From Trichoplax adhaerens (taxonomy: Eukaryota; Animalia; Placozoa), in the NCBI RefSeq assembly GCF_000150275.1, contig NW_002060948.1, positions 186,001 to 250,000 of the forward strand: a stretch of 64,000 bases of DNA. Reading direction: 5' to 3'. The notes under the pieces were generated by a model, which saw only the letters and a list, made by a program, of their open reading frames with translations, had not been told where the DNA came from and made no database searches. The translations under genes and the position numbers were made by a program. Positions within the stretch are counted from its first letter, which is position 1. Every line of letters starts with the position of its first letter. Positions 35,884 through 51,573 of the stretch are shown piece by piece.

Positions 35884-38800
35884 ATGGATGATGAAAAGCA
35901 AATTGAAGAAGAAAATACAAACTTTTTTCAACTTCCAAGCTTACCAAATTACAGGAAAACGGGAGCTAGCTTGTCTTTCATACCTTCTTTAAAACAAAAT
36001 CGAATTTTACATGATACGAAGGTGAAACCATTACTGAATTTTGACGATAAAGCAATCTTACCCAATGTGAATGGCCAAAAGCTAGAGATTGATATATTAT
36101 CCGAATCAATAAGTTTAAATAGAATTTGTTTTAAGATTTGCCGTTGGTTTTCGATGTGGAATATATGCCAGCAAAAAATTTTCATTTCTAGTTTGGTCGA
36201 AAAATGTTCTGAAAATGTCTTAGTACAACTCGATTCAACCCTTGAACCAGTATATCATCACGATTTTAAAATTCAATTGACACATAGACGAAGCAAGAGC
36301 AGTCCTATACCAAATACGATTGCTAGTAGGAGTACTAGTGGTAAATCGGATATCAACAGCTACAGTGATGCTACAATGAACTCATCGGAGGCACAAAGTA
36401 GTGAAACACTAAGAAATTCCTTACGATCTTATGATTTTAGAAATAGTGATTACTGGACGAACGAAAAATATTCGTCGTCTCAACGGCCTGCACTGACAAT
36501 TACGAAACGTCTTAAATCTACCAGCTTAAGAAATACCACACATCAAGATGTTGCAACAATAACGAAAAACTCTGAAAATGAATTTAAAGATCAACTAAAA
36601 CACGTCCTGAAAGTAAAATTAGTCTATTTTACTATTTCATGGCTAACCTTACCTTATCCTTAAGTCTTTATTTATAGCTTAAATCTTTCATTTTTTCAAT
36701 CATCAAATAGAGAATCGATCACTGGTCTGAGGGAAAAACCGAAGTACTTCTAATGACAATTGCTAAGGAAGCAACACCATCAGTATTACAATACCTAGCT
36801 AATTGCGTGAATCAACGGTGAATTGACCATGTTACTATTGCCTTAAATTTTTTTGTCCAATTCTTATGAGAAATATAATTTATCAAATAGTTTGGATCAT
36901 CGCCTTAATATAAACTGCCTAACAGATAAAATACTATTAACTATTTTCTCCAATCTGGATCCCCAAAGCATTTGTCGTTGCGCTCAAGTATGTATCTACT
37001 ATGCATAGTAATCAATATTCAAGTATCGATATAGTATTAAATTATTAATATTCTGTAGTAGCTGATTAGATCGATATTTCTGTTTTTGTTTAATATAGAC
37101 TTGCCAGCGATGGAGGTATCTTACTAAAGATAATTCATTATGGTATTCTAAATGCGATGAATTAAGTGAGTACCTATCTTCATAATTAAGTTGTTTTACA
37201 TCTGAATATTACTTAATAACATAAAATATGAATGCACCTCATCAATATATCATCAGCTGACGAAGTTGAGGCGCAAGACTTGATGGATGTTATAGAAGAA
37301 TCTGCCAAAGAACATGATGTAAGCATCGATTGGAAACTGGCATATCAAGAATTACTCAATATCGTTAACAATAATTTAACAAGCGAATACTCCGCCAATA
37401 TTTCCCGGGAAAGCTTATTTACCGAGCACTACGGTACTATAGCTTCTAGACTAATTATTAAATTTTGTTTTTTTCAGTCTTGATATTGATAAATATACGA
37501 TACATATAATGCTATGAATTGTAAAGCAAATTCTTGATATTAATGCATCGGCATTTATTTTCATTAGGCATCAAATTTCTAGAGGATATTAACAATACTA
37601 TTGAAAAGGAATATGCTAACTTACGTATGAAAACGAATTGTTAAATTTCTTAATTAGCCTGTGTATATTAAAAGTTAAGGTACTCGTAATCATACTATTT
37701 TTAATTAATAGTAAATAGGAAAACACCAGAGATACGTATTGGTAGAGCGTTCGGTAAATAAGACGGAGATATAATCAGTCTTTTAAATCATAATTATGTA
37801 CTTTATAGGCATTTTCATGGCCAAATTTTTAACTGCTCTACTGATAGATATACACCATGAAGCTGAATGTCAAACTATAGCCGATACTAGAACAGAAGAA
37901 GATCCTTACTATGACGATGATTCAATAGATTCTTTTCACAATTTGGTAAAGATTTAGATTAAGAATTTATGTGCTGTGCTGCACTGATATGAAGCCTTTA
38001 TCATAATTTTTGAAATAACGATACGCGTAATTTAAAACCATGGCGCGGTAATTTCTGATAAATCAATCATGCCACATCAATTTAGCTGAATAACATTATT
38101 TGATTCTTCTTGACGTACTAGAACCTTGGAACACTCGCAAAAGTTGTGCATTTCACTTCAAAACTAGCAAATGAAAGAAATGCAGTCCGTTCAGGAATTG
38201 TTAGGCCTTTAAAGCACGTTTTCCGGCTGCAAGTAAGTCTGATGTTATCTACAATAAAATTTATTATACGTTGAAATATTATTATCTTATTGTAGGGACA
38301 TCTTGAAGCGGTCATGTGCCTACAATTCGATAAATGTAAAATTATTTCGGGATCCGCAGATCGTACTTTAAGGTATGATTGTTGTAAAGTGAAAAAAATC
38401 TTTGAAATTTATAGCTGCCACTAAAGCATCCATTTTCATAGAACTGAGGCAAATTAATTTTGTTGCAATTTATGTCAATACTTACTAGACTATGGGATAT
38501 TCGAAGTGGTAGACCCGTCAAAGTAGTTCATCACCATAAGGCATGTTTGAAAAACAGGATAAAATTTAACGACAATACCTGCGATCAGTTTAATAACAAC
38601 CATTGACCAATTTTTTACTTACCAGGGAGGAATTAGATGTCTTCAGTATGATGATAATATCATTGTTACTGGCTCATGGGATGCCACTGTTCGAGTATGA
38701 AACACTTAATTTTTTGATAAAATTAGAATCTACATTTATTTTCATATGTTACTACGCTTCCTTAGAGTACAATCTGAATTCCAGACTAACAAAATTGATA

Positions 38801-40865
38801 CTATAAAGAACTACGTATGTAATAAATCTATACACTTTCAATTAGGTATGGGACATCATACAATATAAAACATTAAACATATTGTATAAGCATCGAGATT
38901 GTGTTTCCTGTCTGCAGTTTACTGAAGAGAAACTGTAAGAAAGAACTAGGCAACTTAATCTTAATATTATTGATACAATACAATGTTAAATCATTTAGGA
39001 TTGATAACTATCATTTTGATCTATCTAGTGTTACTGGTAGCTATGATAGCACTTTATGTGTATGGAATATGAAGAATTGGGAATGTAAAGGTGTTTTTAA
39101 GGGCCATACCGGTCAGTTATTAACACTTTAGTAATTAATGATTAGAAATAAATTAACATTAAGATAAAAAAATTAAAGATGGTCCAACTTTCTATTCAGA
39201 TTCAGTAAATTGTCTTCACTTCGATGGACGAATGGTATTGAGTGGCTCTACAGATAAGTAAGTTATTTTGTAAGATTACCGTAGAAACGTAATTCGGATA
39301 TTATAATTTCTTTCATAAACTCATATGCCAATTGGATATCTTCTACTTGATATAGGACACTATTATACTGGAACTGTGAAACATTAGAGTGCCTCCATAG
39401 GTTTACAGGCCATACTGATGCAGTATTGTCTTTAGAGGTTAATATTATAGTATAAGGAATTCAGTTGTATACTATTTAAAGTTACAAGTAATGAGCATTA
39501 TAGCTGAATAATGCTTATTGATAATATTGCAATATTGATAACTAAGATCGCTACTATATTGCGGTTTTTTGTAGGTTCGCAGTGGATTAGCTGCAAGCGG
39601 TTCTGCTGATGGTAAAATTATGTTTTGGAATTTAAAGCATAAATTTCATGAAGCAACGGTAGCTATTCATAAGATTCCAGTGAGATCAATCCGGTTTATG
39701 GGTTTAAGATTCTTCGCAGGATTAGAGTATGTGAATATTTGCTTCTACACCTATGATTTTATACTCGTATCATACTTTATCAAAATTTATTAATCGTAGA
39801 ATTGAGGAACAACTACATAGTATAAGCAAGCGATGAATGCAAAATTCTCGCTGTTATCAGTTTAAAAGTTTCTTGGCACCATTAGCCCGAAAGATTTTAA
39901 ATCAAAGCTACGATATGTACTAATATAGTTGTTGAGCCTCTATAGTACTTACTTCTATAGATGTCGTATTTCAGGTTGATCTATTACTTACCGCATTACT
40001 ATGTTAGAATGTGCTACGTAATACAAAAATGTATCGTACTGATTCATTCTCTTATTAATTTTACAGTGATGGCAATATTAAAGAATTTGATCTAAGAACT
40101 GGCATTTACATTCGAACCCTTAGTGGTCATTTTGGTCCCGTTCAGTGCTTACAGGTAAGCTACTCAACATTTTACCTTAGTTACAGCGTGAGAAAAGTAA
40201 ATTTAAGGTATAGCTATGTTTTAAGCTTAATATGTACAGTATATGTTGGTTAACACCAAGATATTTTACTATGATTTAAAATAATCTTTCAATATTAAGA
40301 TTGCCCCATGAAGTATTTCGTTTTAAGCATTAAAATGAATAAATCTTAAAACCACATCGTACTTTAAATTACGTACAAACTAGATTCAAAAGAAAAGAAT
40401 GATATCATCATCAGATGATGGCTCAATTCGGATCTGGGATATGAAAGAAGCTCCCCTACAAGTAAGTTAATTCATGACGTCTGCCGCCTATAGTATACCC
40501 ACGGTAGCCATTATAGTTTAGCTTGCAGTACTAAGAATTTGCCATAAAAGAACTTTTGGATATCGGAGATAACTTTAAATTAATAAAATTTTATTAAAGT
40601 AATTTGTAGTCGATAGATTACAGATAAAACCTGTAACTTTGACCGTTAGTAAATATATCAATGTAGTATTCATTAGAATTTAAACATGCCATATTTATCC
40701 ATCATTCTGCAGCCTCACATTAGGTGCAAGATATTTCTAGAGGTATTGATACGAAATAATGTATTTTCCTAGGTTGGTAATAAATCCTATCCACGTTTAC
40801 TAAATAAAATAGTCCTACCTCCAAATGTAATTACTGAAGAATTGATGGAATTACAATTTAATTAG
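35884..40865 (+). CDS. F-box/WD40-repeat protein (FBXW family), about 20 short exons
   Basis: F-box INCLTDKILLTIFSNLDPQSICRCAQ-TCQRWRYLTKDNSLW (36891-37165). WD40 repeats [120 protein letters not shown]. Last exon 40773-40865. Exons around 37.5-37.95 kb and the true start are less certain. Confidence 0.88.
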
Positions 40866-43800
40866 ACTTTTTGAATATGCACCCTGCTTAGACCGAAATT
40901 CTTTAAATAATCGATAGCACTGAAATAAGTTAAAGTAATAAAGAGAGTAAATTTTATCGGCAGATGATTTACTATATTCCATGTGGAGTACAATTTATGG
41001 AAGCTTATTCATTAACCACGGTTTAAGAAAAATGCTACTTGAAGTAGATAAATTTTGCTACTATGTGATAGATCGCTAATCATAATATAATTTATATCCA
41101 CTAAAGTTTACTATATCATTATATTAGTTCTTGAAACGAATTTCAGCTAATGTTATAGCAACAAACTAACTAAATCTTTATTTCAACTGCTTTTGTACCG
41201 TGATAAAGCTACGAGATGCAAAATGTCCATGAAAATTTTTTTAACTTATTGATATTGTAAAAATTATTGCATTAACAGAAGATGATGATTGAACGACAAC
41301 ATTATGCTCATTGATTTTTGTAACATATTACCTTTGTTCACCGCAATGGCAGTTGTAAAAATATATCTAGTACGATCTTATGTGTTATTCTGCTTTCCCT
41401 TTGCTACAAGGAAGTGAAATCAGAATCTCAATCAATTTTGTCTTTTACGATATATGTTACCAATATTTTTCTGCTATTTCTACATTATAACTCATTTATT
41501 TACGAAAATGTATGATCGACTATCTGAAGAAGCTTGATCACTTAATTTCCATTAAGTCGATGTCTGTAATTACAAAATGTTATATTTTTATTTGCCATAT
41601 ATTTTCCTTATCGGGTTAATGTTATTATTGCATGACGAATGAACGTGTAATGAAATAGCAAGTTACATTTATACTTGATATATTATATCAATACACAGGT
41701 AACCCAACTGAGATTGACCTTTTAGTTGAAGTAGAGAGATTAATCTTGAATTCTATCCCAATAAAGTGATTACTACATCAATGAATTATTAATCTAAAGG
41801 AGGCGAAGTTATTATTTTTCAAAATTGAATAAATTATAATACCTACAAATAAGTGATTTCCTTTGTTATCCGTTTTCACGCATCAAATCGGAGATTATAA
41901 TTATGACCGAATCTTAGCTTTAATAATAGTAATTGTATTTACTTGCTGGAAAATTCTCTTTGATATTAGATAAATTGACTAGTTGCCAATGTTGTTATTA
42001 ATCCTAAGCTATGTGCTGTTCAAGGGCGCAATTTGAATAGCATCAATGTTATTTGTAACTATAGTAAAAGATATCCATAGTACTCAATAGGTGTTCAACC
42101 AAATTGAATATACGTATTAATATTTAACACCGATGATATTCATCTATTGTCATTAAATTTATTAGAATTTGCACGATAGTGTTATCTTTCAGTGATGCGT
42201 TATCAATCATATCAAAATACATCAAAGGAACTACCAGAAAAAATTAAAATAAATGAAAGATTAATATTAATCATTTTTAATCCGCTATTGACATTATAGC
42301 CCTTTCCTATTTTCTGCTTATTCAGTATATCGGATCTTGTTTTCTTGCAGATGAGACATTGATGGCATTCAAATGATTTCTTTGACTAAATCAGCTCAAT
42401 TATGTCATAATACAGAATTATAGCTATTTCTAGCCATGTCAGTATATATGATAGTGTAGTTACTAGATTTTCTTTTAAAAGATTTAGTCTCTACTACGAT
42501 CGAGTTTACTGGATAGAGTTTCAGTCTAAATAAATAAAAGTCAATTATCATTACATTTCTACTTGTAGAGTAAGAATTATCTGGAGAAATCTGTGTGCTG
42601 AGGTTACTATTTAGCTCATAAATCGTAGAATCTTGTATTCAAAACTAATACACTCTTACGGATTTTAGATGAAAGTTCCATTATTACGCGTTTAAAATAA
42701 GAATACAAATATGAACACGGATATTTATTCATTTATAAAAGAGTATATTTATAGTCATGAGCAATTGTAATAGATTTAAGAAGATATTCAAGTTACAACG
42801 AGGGTATCAGGCATAAAATACCAACTCATTACAGTGTCTCAAACAATAACTTGGTTAATTCCATTCACTTAAACTGTACTGTATCACAAATTTTAGTATA
42901 TGTGAAGCTCAAGGATCAGCCCTTGCATCAGACTCTGAAACACGATGCATTTTCATAACTGAAATTTATCCGTAGTGGATACTGCGAGAGTAATAAAATT
43001 GATATTAATATCTTATAAATTTGCTTTCACCCAACTGACTCTACTGTTGATATTTTAATCTAACAGCTAATTAGATCCCAGTTTATGGCAGAAGTGCACC
43101 AGTCCAATAGACAATATCTATTAGCTCTACAGCAGTAGCAGATCCTAAAATTATAATACAACGTCTTCCTAAAAATGGCATCGGAAACTTTTATTTAAAG
43201 AATGGTATTAATATACTTACAAACCGATATTTGTGTATTTGGCTGCATCTTAGTGCTTAGTGCGTTGTTTTACTTAATTCAGAAAGAATCTTTCATTTAT
43301 GAATTGTGATAAACCTTTTCAGTTACAGTCCCAACTTTAATTAATCAATCTCTTATATGTCTGCTACTGAATCTACCTAACAATATTTTCGTGCCATTAG
43401 TATACTGAGACTACGCTCTCATTTAAAACAAAGCAGTAGTGCATAAGAAATTTAGCGATCGAAATCTTATAGATTTACCTCCATATTCCCTGGTGGACAT
43501 TAAAAGCTATTTGGCGTATTTATATGTTTTACTACTACAGCTATTATGGTAGTGCTAAATATTAAAGCTACGATGGAATTATGTTTCGATACTGTTGTAC
43601 TGTAGTACATGCAATACAGTATAGTAGATAGATTGGATAATGTAAAATGACGATGTTATATTAGCGGTATGCGCACTAATCTTTCTCCAAGACTGAACCA
43701 AAGATGACAGGATATATCCTATACAGCGCACAGTAAAAGGTACCTCGACATTTATAACCCCAGTCGTTTATACAGAGTAATAATAACTAAGTTTACCTAA

Positions 43801-46800
43801 TGTAGATAGTAAAACACTAGGTCTAACCATTTCTTTATTTTAGCTTTATTTCATTCCTCTACTTTTATCTAGTTCTCATATAAATCTCTTTACATGCTTC
43901 AAATGTCCCCTTCTCCTTCCTATATTCTTGTTGAATCTACTGTTGCTAATAGCTTCTCTTCGTAGGTCTATTTGGTTAAGATGGTATTGTCCTCCAATAA
44001 GTAAGTCATACTATTCCTATAACTTAATTGCATTCTTAAATGGTAAAATAGTTAATAAAAAAGTGTGCATCCCATGATATACATAACTTAATATCTGTAT
44101 CGCACCAGGACCAATTCTAATAAAGTTGCGTAGTCCGATCCTTATATTATAACTGATAATAGGAGCTAACTTTCATGAGCGGAAGGTGCCGAAATTATTA
44201 GTTGGGTAGGACTTCACTGTAACATTAATATTATATTGTTTTGCCATTATTTAATTCGCTATTACGTTCACGTATCGTATCATCATAGTCGAATAACTCG
44301 CATGTATGACAGTAAATGTATAAAATAATGATAACGTCTTTCTGCTTGATTTAAGCGACAATGTGCGAAATTTTAGTCTTCATAATGCGCGTGAATAATT
44401 CATCCTAGATCATGTGCCTGAGATTTATGCTTAGAATGCTTGCAGCTTAAAATGTGACTATGCAATGCAGTCTTAAACTAGATAATACTTATACTCATAT
44501 AGGTTCGATTTTAAGATTGTACACAAGTGTCTATTTTCACAGTGGAGACATCGAGGTCGATCATTTTATTAAAAGAGCTAAATCATATATTATACGGTAT
44601 AGTGGAGTTAAACAAGAAGTTAAAGTTCCCGTCATCTTATTTTGAGACACTTTGTTACAGGCTTACAACTGCATTGAGCTAAGTTTTAAAGACAGTACCG
44701 TTACGAGGCAGAGCACTGCATAGTTGAATATTGACAGAGTATTACCAAAATGCTATCCAAGAATAACATAAAATCATGGCAAGAACAGTCATGAAATGAA
44801 TTGAAATGGTTTCTGATGCATATGAAAAAATAAGTATGGAAATTCAGGATAAGTGAAGACCTTGTAAATTAATAGACAAAATTTAATCGCTGTAATAAGA
44901 ATAATTCAATTATCTAAGGAGTAAATGTCATTTTTTGCCAATAAAGATGGTGTGGATTTTAATTTAGTAGTTGTGTAATAAAATTTCAAACATTGAACTT
45001 ATGGTAGTACCGTATTATCACGTGAATACTTACATAACTGGTAGAAGGGAGGAGACTCATATTTACAACGTATCTTCTACTTGAAACGTTCCATATTAAA
45101 ATTTTAAGTGTATTTAATGAAAATGCTGTATGCTTAAAATATCTAGAGGTCAAACAAGCCTCAAAAGCTTACTTTTCTGCTAAACCGGCAGGATTTACTA
45201 CACGAAGACTTTTTATCATCGCGTAGTAATTATTAGATTTTATTGAGAATTCTGTTGAACATAAATTGAAATCTCCTACAGATTTGGAGCAAATTACTAG
45301 AAAATATCATGACATCGATTTGGTGTTATTACAAGAATCGTAAAAGAAATAAAAATAACAATGTATAGAAATTCTACCATATTTTTATTTTATCCTACAA
45401 AGAATTTCCTAGGCTTTTCTGATCTGTTTTGAATATACACGCAGGTCAAAAAGCCCATAACTGATGTCTCATCATTCCAGTTTTGCTAATGGCGTTGCAT
45501 GTACATGTATAAAATAAACACTTTCCGTATTATAACTTTCTGATTGCATCCACGTGTGTTGCTGCTGTCAATTAAACCCATTTCCAATAAAAATCCGCCA
45601 ACTTGCAATGCAGGTGGGAGGCGTAATAATATACTACTGCGATCTATTCCCCGAAGTCAAGGTGAACCTTGGAACGTGCTAAAATTATTTAATCGCCCCT
45701 ATCTTGACTTTCGTTGCCTTTCAAGCTATTTCATCCTGAAGTTCAATACTTCTAGTAAAGTGCAAGTAAACACAAGTAAAGGAACCGTTATTACTCGCGA
45801 AGAAATTAAAGGTATGAAGAGCTAGTTAATTTATAATATGCTACCAAATACTTTGTAACGTTAGTGACAGATCTGAGATTTTCATTTTTTCCGCTACTCT
45901 GTGGCTTATCCTTGGCATTTTATATTTTAAGAACAGTTTGCGTAGTATTTTAAATACCGCTAATGTAACTTGCATATTAAATTACAAATATTGATCAGGG
46001 CGCGCCTATACAATGCTAAATTTGAGTGTTAAAAAAGACGATTAGTGATAGCTTAGCATAATTTGATTTGTTGGCCAATTTTTCTCTAGATTTTGCAGTG
46101 AAATTTTCATATGGGTTATGTCGGAATTAGAACCATTTTTGTTGTTGAGGACTTAAATTATATTATCAAAGTTTTTCTAAGTGATGCGCTTGTCATAATA
46201 ATCAAGCGGATTAACACATGATATCAGGATGGGATCCTACGTGACCTTCGCCTAGAATAGACTACTCGTAAATATCGATGATTGCACAGCTTACATTTAT
46301 ATTATGAACCTGCTTGCGATAATTTGATATCCTACAAGAAATTAGCATATACTCACTAATTTTAACCCTGGGTTTGACTATTTATCTGTCAATGGCTTAA
46401 GCTATCTCTAAATTACAAACACTGTATGCCATAACTTGACCTTTGTGATCAATGACTAGTAAAAACGTATATTGTACTGTGACGCATAAATATGAATAAA
46501 GAGATTTAACTAGTATCTCAATTATTAAGTATCAACTATGAATTAAAATAACATGACAGTTACTGCAAAGTTGCTCTCATTTACTACTTCCTAGTAAGCT
46601 GTCTTATACACATTTTCGTTAACCAGCCGAATTAGTAGTTAGGACTAGTACATGGTACGATACTGTCGTATAATTGCAAGTTATATATCAAATGAGCTAG
46701 TCTTAGCTTAATTTAGTATAAATCTAAATACTACATTACCAAATAATATCCTGGTATAAATGGACCTCAGATTTTATCTGTTAAGTAGATTTGAAATATT

Positions 46801-49800
46801 ATGAATTACTCGTATAATTTGGTAACAACACGTAATAACTTGGGTTTGCCATTATTTGTGCATGCAATGCACCCACGACCCCTGATGTTTTTGGCGTAAA
46901 TATTGGGGCATGATCTTTTGGGTGGTAACTGGTGTAGTTTTCTCAAAACATAATTGTCCGGTACGTGAGCTAAGCAGAGAGATAGATTCCATTTAGTAGG
47001 AACATTAGCGCAAAATTTAAATTTTATAACGCCATATCCAGAATTATAAACGAGACTTTTCCGTCACGCATTTAGATGTACCTTTATAAGTAAGCCTATA
47101 AATAGGTACGATTCGCTTTAATAGCCTTATCTGTAGTTAAATGAAAGACGGGAATAAAAATCGTTCAAATTATTTGTTTAGATGGAATTTATCGTAAATG
47201 TAAATTATACCTTACGCGATTGAGTCACTAACATGCAGTGGGATTTAATATCTTACTATCACGATAGTGATTCCAGCTGTCAATACACGTATGTTTGAAT
47301 TTGAACTTTTCATTTTAATGTTGTTATATGCTGCATTATAAAATAGAGCATTTTTCATATAGCAAACTAATTTAGCTTAGTGTTTGACTCAGAGTGTAAT
47401 AAAAAATCCTGTAGTTTACTATTTAATGCCACAAAATGGAGACTGCATTCTTTCTGTCACTATTATTGACCACATATTGTGGATATATCAGAATAACAAG
47501 GGTATGCAGTCTCCTTACGTAAACGCTGAAACAGAAAGCCCAGACAGAAGTTCTCTATACATATTAGCATACTGTAGTACTGAGCACGTAGAACTATGTA
47601 TAGTGCATTAAATCTTTGTAAATGCAATAGCATTAATATCATGCATATTGTAGTCAGTCTATAGCCATCACATTAATGGAAGATATGGGATTGCTGTATT
47701 AGTAAATGTTAGGTTTATTGGCTGTTGCAAGACAGAAACACTTTTTACGATTCAATTCTGTTTTGAGGCATGTTGAGCAGCAAAATTTTAGCAAGCGGGA
47801 AATGATAGATTGTTTAACAATTTAATTTGTTTTATTATCATACCAAAAGTTAAAAAATTTATCGAGGTCAGGAAGTTCTCAGATCTCAAAAATTGAGTTC
47901 AAAAAATTTCTTGTAAAAATTATGAAAATTTGTTACGTAAGCAAATTGGGTAGGAGTTCTATACTTTACGTCATAGTGCAGCATGATGTTAATTATTCCT
48001 TTTTATTTATACAGTCATCGTTACATGAATGCGATGGCTCCCGGTGCTACAATCTATCTAACCTCTCATTAAATGTGCAGTAATGGCACTGTATGGAAGC
48101 ATACTCAATGCACTTATGTACAGTATATATCTAAAAGCGTATGTACTGTCTATATCTATACCATGTCGACGTATATTGGTAAATATATAGATGCACGTAG
48201 TTATTTTTGGTCCTACATCATTCTACATCATTCGTGCCCTACATAGTTTATATAAATAAATATTCGTATGTGTATATAGATGCGGAGGTGTACGAAACTC
48301 AGAAAATCAAATTTAAACCCACTTACCGGTAGCTAAATCAGATCGTCTAATCAACGAAATGTACCGCATGTTCATGATGATTTTATGTGAGGGGTGGAGA
48401 TAAAAAAGAGCGTGACGAAAAAAATTTGCATATACAATTATGTGGGCAGGTTATTAGCATCATGCCGTTGGTAGAAATAACTTGTGCACAATAGTGTCGC
48501 TTGTATACAGTAGTTCATGTGTTGCACCAGTTTACTAATCCGCGCAACATGCATATACAATATATTGCATAGGAATCGATCTTTTGCGTAATTTATACCT
48601 TACCATATATCCTAGTATGCAGGAATGTGGAAAAACGCCGAGCTTACAAATATCTATACGTATATCTTTCATTCTACAATAATTTGAGTATTGTATTATA
48701 TTATTATCCACTCAATAGCGCCAGTTAACTTTCGGCAAGATCTAAAACTCATCAAGTAACTACTGCTTAAATTTGAAAAATTTTTGAGCATTAAGATGAA
48801 ATATTATATAATGTAATGTCTCGTGCAAACTTACATAGAATCAATTGGTCATAATGTCAATGATCTGACGTCAGACACGGCACAGCTAGGACTCTAACCT
48901 ATAGTCCATAATTAAGATGCACTTATTGTGTTCTACAGTCTGGAATTGATATGATTCATATAGTCGCGATCAAATAAATTCCGTGATAGATTTTCATCTA
49001 TGCAAGCACATAATCTAAGTCAATATTTTTTCTTGAGTAACAAAAATGGAAGCGTAATAAATAATATCTTATAAGATGATGTCAAAAAATTATATAATCT
49101 GAAAATATTAACATAAAATTATTACGATAAAGTAATTGAGAGTTTATTGTTACAGTTATTTCCTGTAATTAACTAATGTTCACGATTGCCTGATTATTAA
49201 TATCGCAATCTATTATTATTATGATAATGACAAGCGAGTTAATCATGCATGTGATGATCATCTTGAATACAGATCTAATCAAGGGGTGATTACAAAAAAA
49301 GCTATGATCTATTTTGTATTCATGCCTTGATGTATATAACATATCCATCATATAGTTACAACTAGAGCATGATGGATGCTCTTATAGAAATTATCATGTA
49401 GTTGTGAACAAATTACGGTACTGACCTAGAGAACAGTGCTCATCTTTGTCATGATGGTACAGCTTGATTTAACTATTGCAGTTTAAGATTAACCTGTAAA
49501 ATTGAAAAATGTCATTTGAAAATAATTTTACCTTGTAGAATAGATACACATATGAAATAAAAGATGATCAAAGTTAATGAGCTACCGTTTGCAATCGATG
49601 TCAACTTCGCGTTAATCGATAGTTCTATCATATCAGAAAGAATTGAGTCATGAATAGCATTGCATCAAGTATAACTTTAAATAACGCTATCATTATCAAT
49701 ATCATGGTGGGTGTAATCGTTGTATACCATGGTAGAAAGAAACAAGTTTGACCGTAGTCATCACTCTTGGAGGATAATGCTATTTATATTCGAGTAGGAT

Positions 49801-51573
49801 ATTATTGAGGTTACGGATTGACCGTGCATAGTCAATGTTGTGTTAATGAAGGTCCGCTTTGATCACTGTTATAATGTTAAGAGGGTTTATTTTGACAGTG
49901 CATTTTTGCTTGCTTATTAACATGAAAATAATAGAAGGAAGATTAAAATAAACTCGACTAGCAACAAAGGCAAAACCCTTTTTAAGTGCATAAAAAGTGT
50001 TCATGCTGTGATTAAATTGAAATCATCATACCATCAAGAGGCAAGTTCATACGATACATGCCTATCTTAACGTTCAACTCTATGCCATACTAGCATAAAG
50101 TAGAACATTAGTCCACTTTTCAACTTGCTGCTAACAACAAAAATGGCCACCAATTGATTTGGAGGCTATTGTTACCGTTAGGGGGTTGGTAGATAGGGCT
50201 AAAATTCAAAAGATTTACGTGAACAATGGCGAGTTGAAAGACATCTTCCAAGGGTAAACAACAATTATTTAATCAAGAGAATATATTAACGAGTCTTGTC
50301 CAATTTTTTTTCCTCTTTTCACTCTACTTCTACGATACACAAGTATATGATTTAGCGCTCTTCTTCAGCACTATTGATACTAGTTGACTAGCACTACTTA
50401 AATGCACTTATTCTATAATACTAAATAGTGTTGCAAAACTTTCTTCTGGCATCCACCAGCCCTACGCAGACGTTATACGATTTGGCTAACTTTTTCCATT
50501 ACATCCTCTTATTTGACCTTAACAACTGTACTATGCTAATATTGCACAACGACAGGAGTTATCGCAGGATCCTTGTGCCCGTTACAACAATGCATAAATT
50601 TTAAACTTGGACTTTCTGTAATGCGGTCGTTATTATTTTCAAGTATAATCACGAATCAGAAAGCAATTAGTATTATTTCCAAGCTAAACATTGTCTCATT
50701 TTCCAAAGAAATACCACTAAAAGAGTAAAAAAATCAAGAAAAAGATTAGGTGAACTTACAAGAAGAGGAAAAAAATCCAATTATCATCTACATTGTAAGC
50801 TCTATCATCATTCTACCTAGTGCTAGTTACCTCCTGTTAACAGGCTACATTTGATTATAATTATTATTCTCCATGAAATAATCTGTTAATTTTAGAGTAC
50901 TAGTGGAGGTTTTTTTCTTCCTTCTTTTTGTTTTTCTATCTTAATATGATTGCATCGATAAGATAGTATTATGCTTTGGTAGCACCGATGACTGATATCG
51001 TTTAAATATTAACTATTTTAGCAAGATAGAAAGCGATAAAGATAAAAAGGAAGAAAAATTCAACATTAAACGAGTAGAAAAGATTTACCGATTATCTACT
51101 TTCCATCCTATTTGTATAAGTAGATTAGACAGCACAATTGATATAGTTATATGGTATTAAACCATCGAAAGAAAATTTTTCCTCGAAGACCAGATTAACC
51201 GAAATCAACCTTTTCAGCAAGACATTCTTGACTTATCTTATCTATGCTTTTTTTCTTGGATCATTACTAGAAATACGATATTTCTCAATATTACCATACA
51301 AGTACTTAACGGAAAGGTTTATTTGATCGAAAAAGTTGAAAAGAAAAAAAGGTAGAACCCTACCGCTACTCGTACTGACAAATATAAAAGCAACGTCCTA
51401 GTGGTCGTTTTTTTCTTTTTGATATCATTGCATAAGGATTACCCTCTAATTATTGACAGAGGGGAGAAAAAGTTAGTCAAAGGCCGATAACGTGATTCCT
51501 CAATCTCATCGCCAGCATTGAGGCTAAATACGTCCATTTTTTTTCCAATACTAGTAACAAGAAAAGCTTGATC

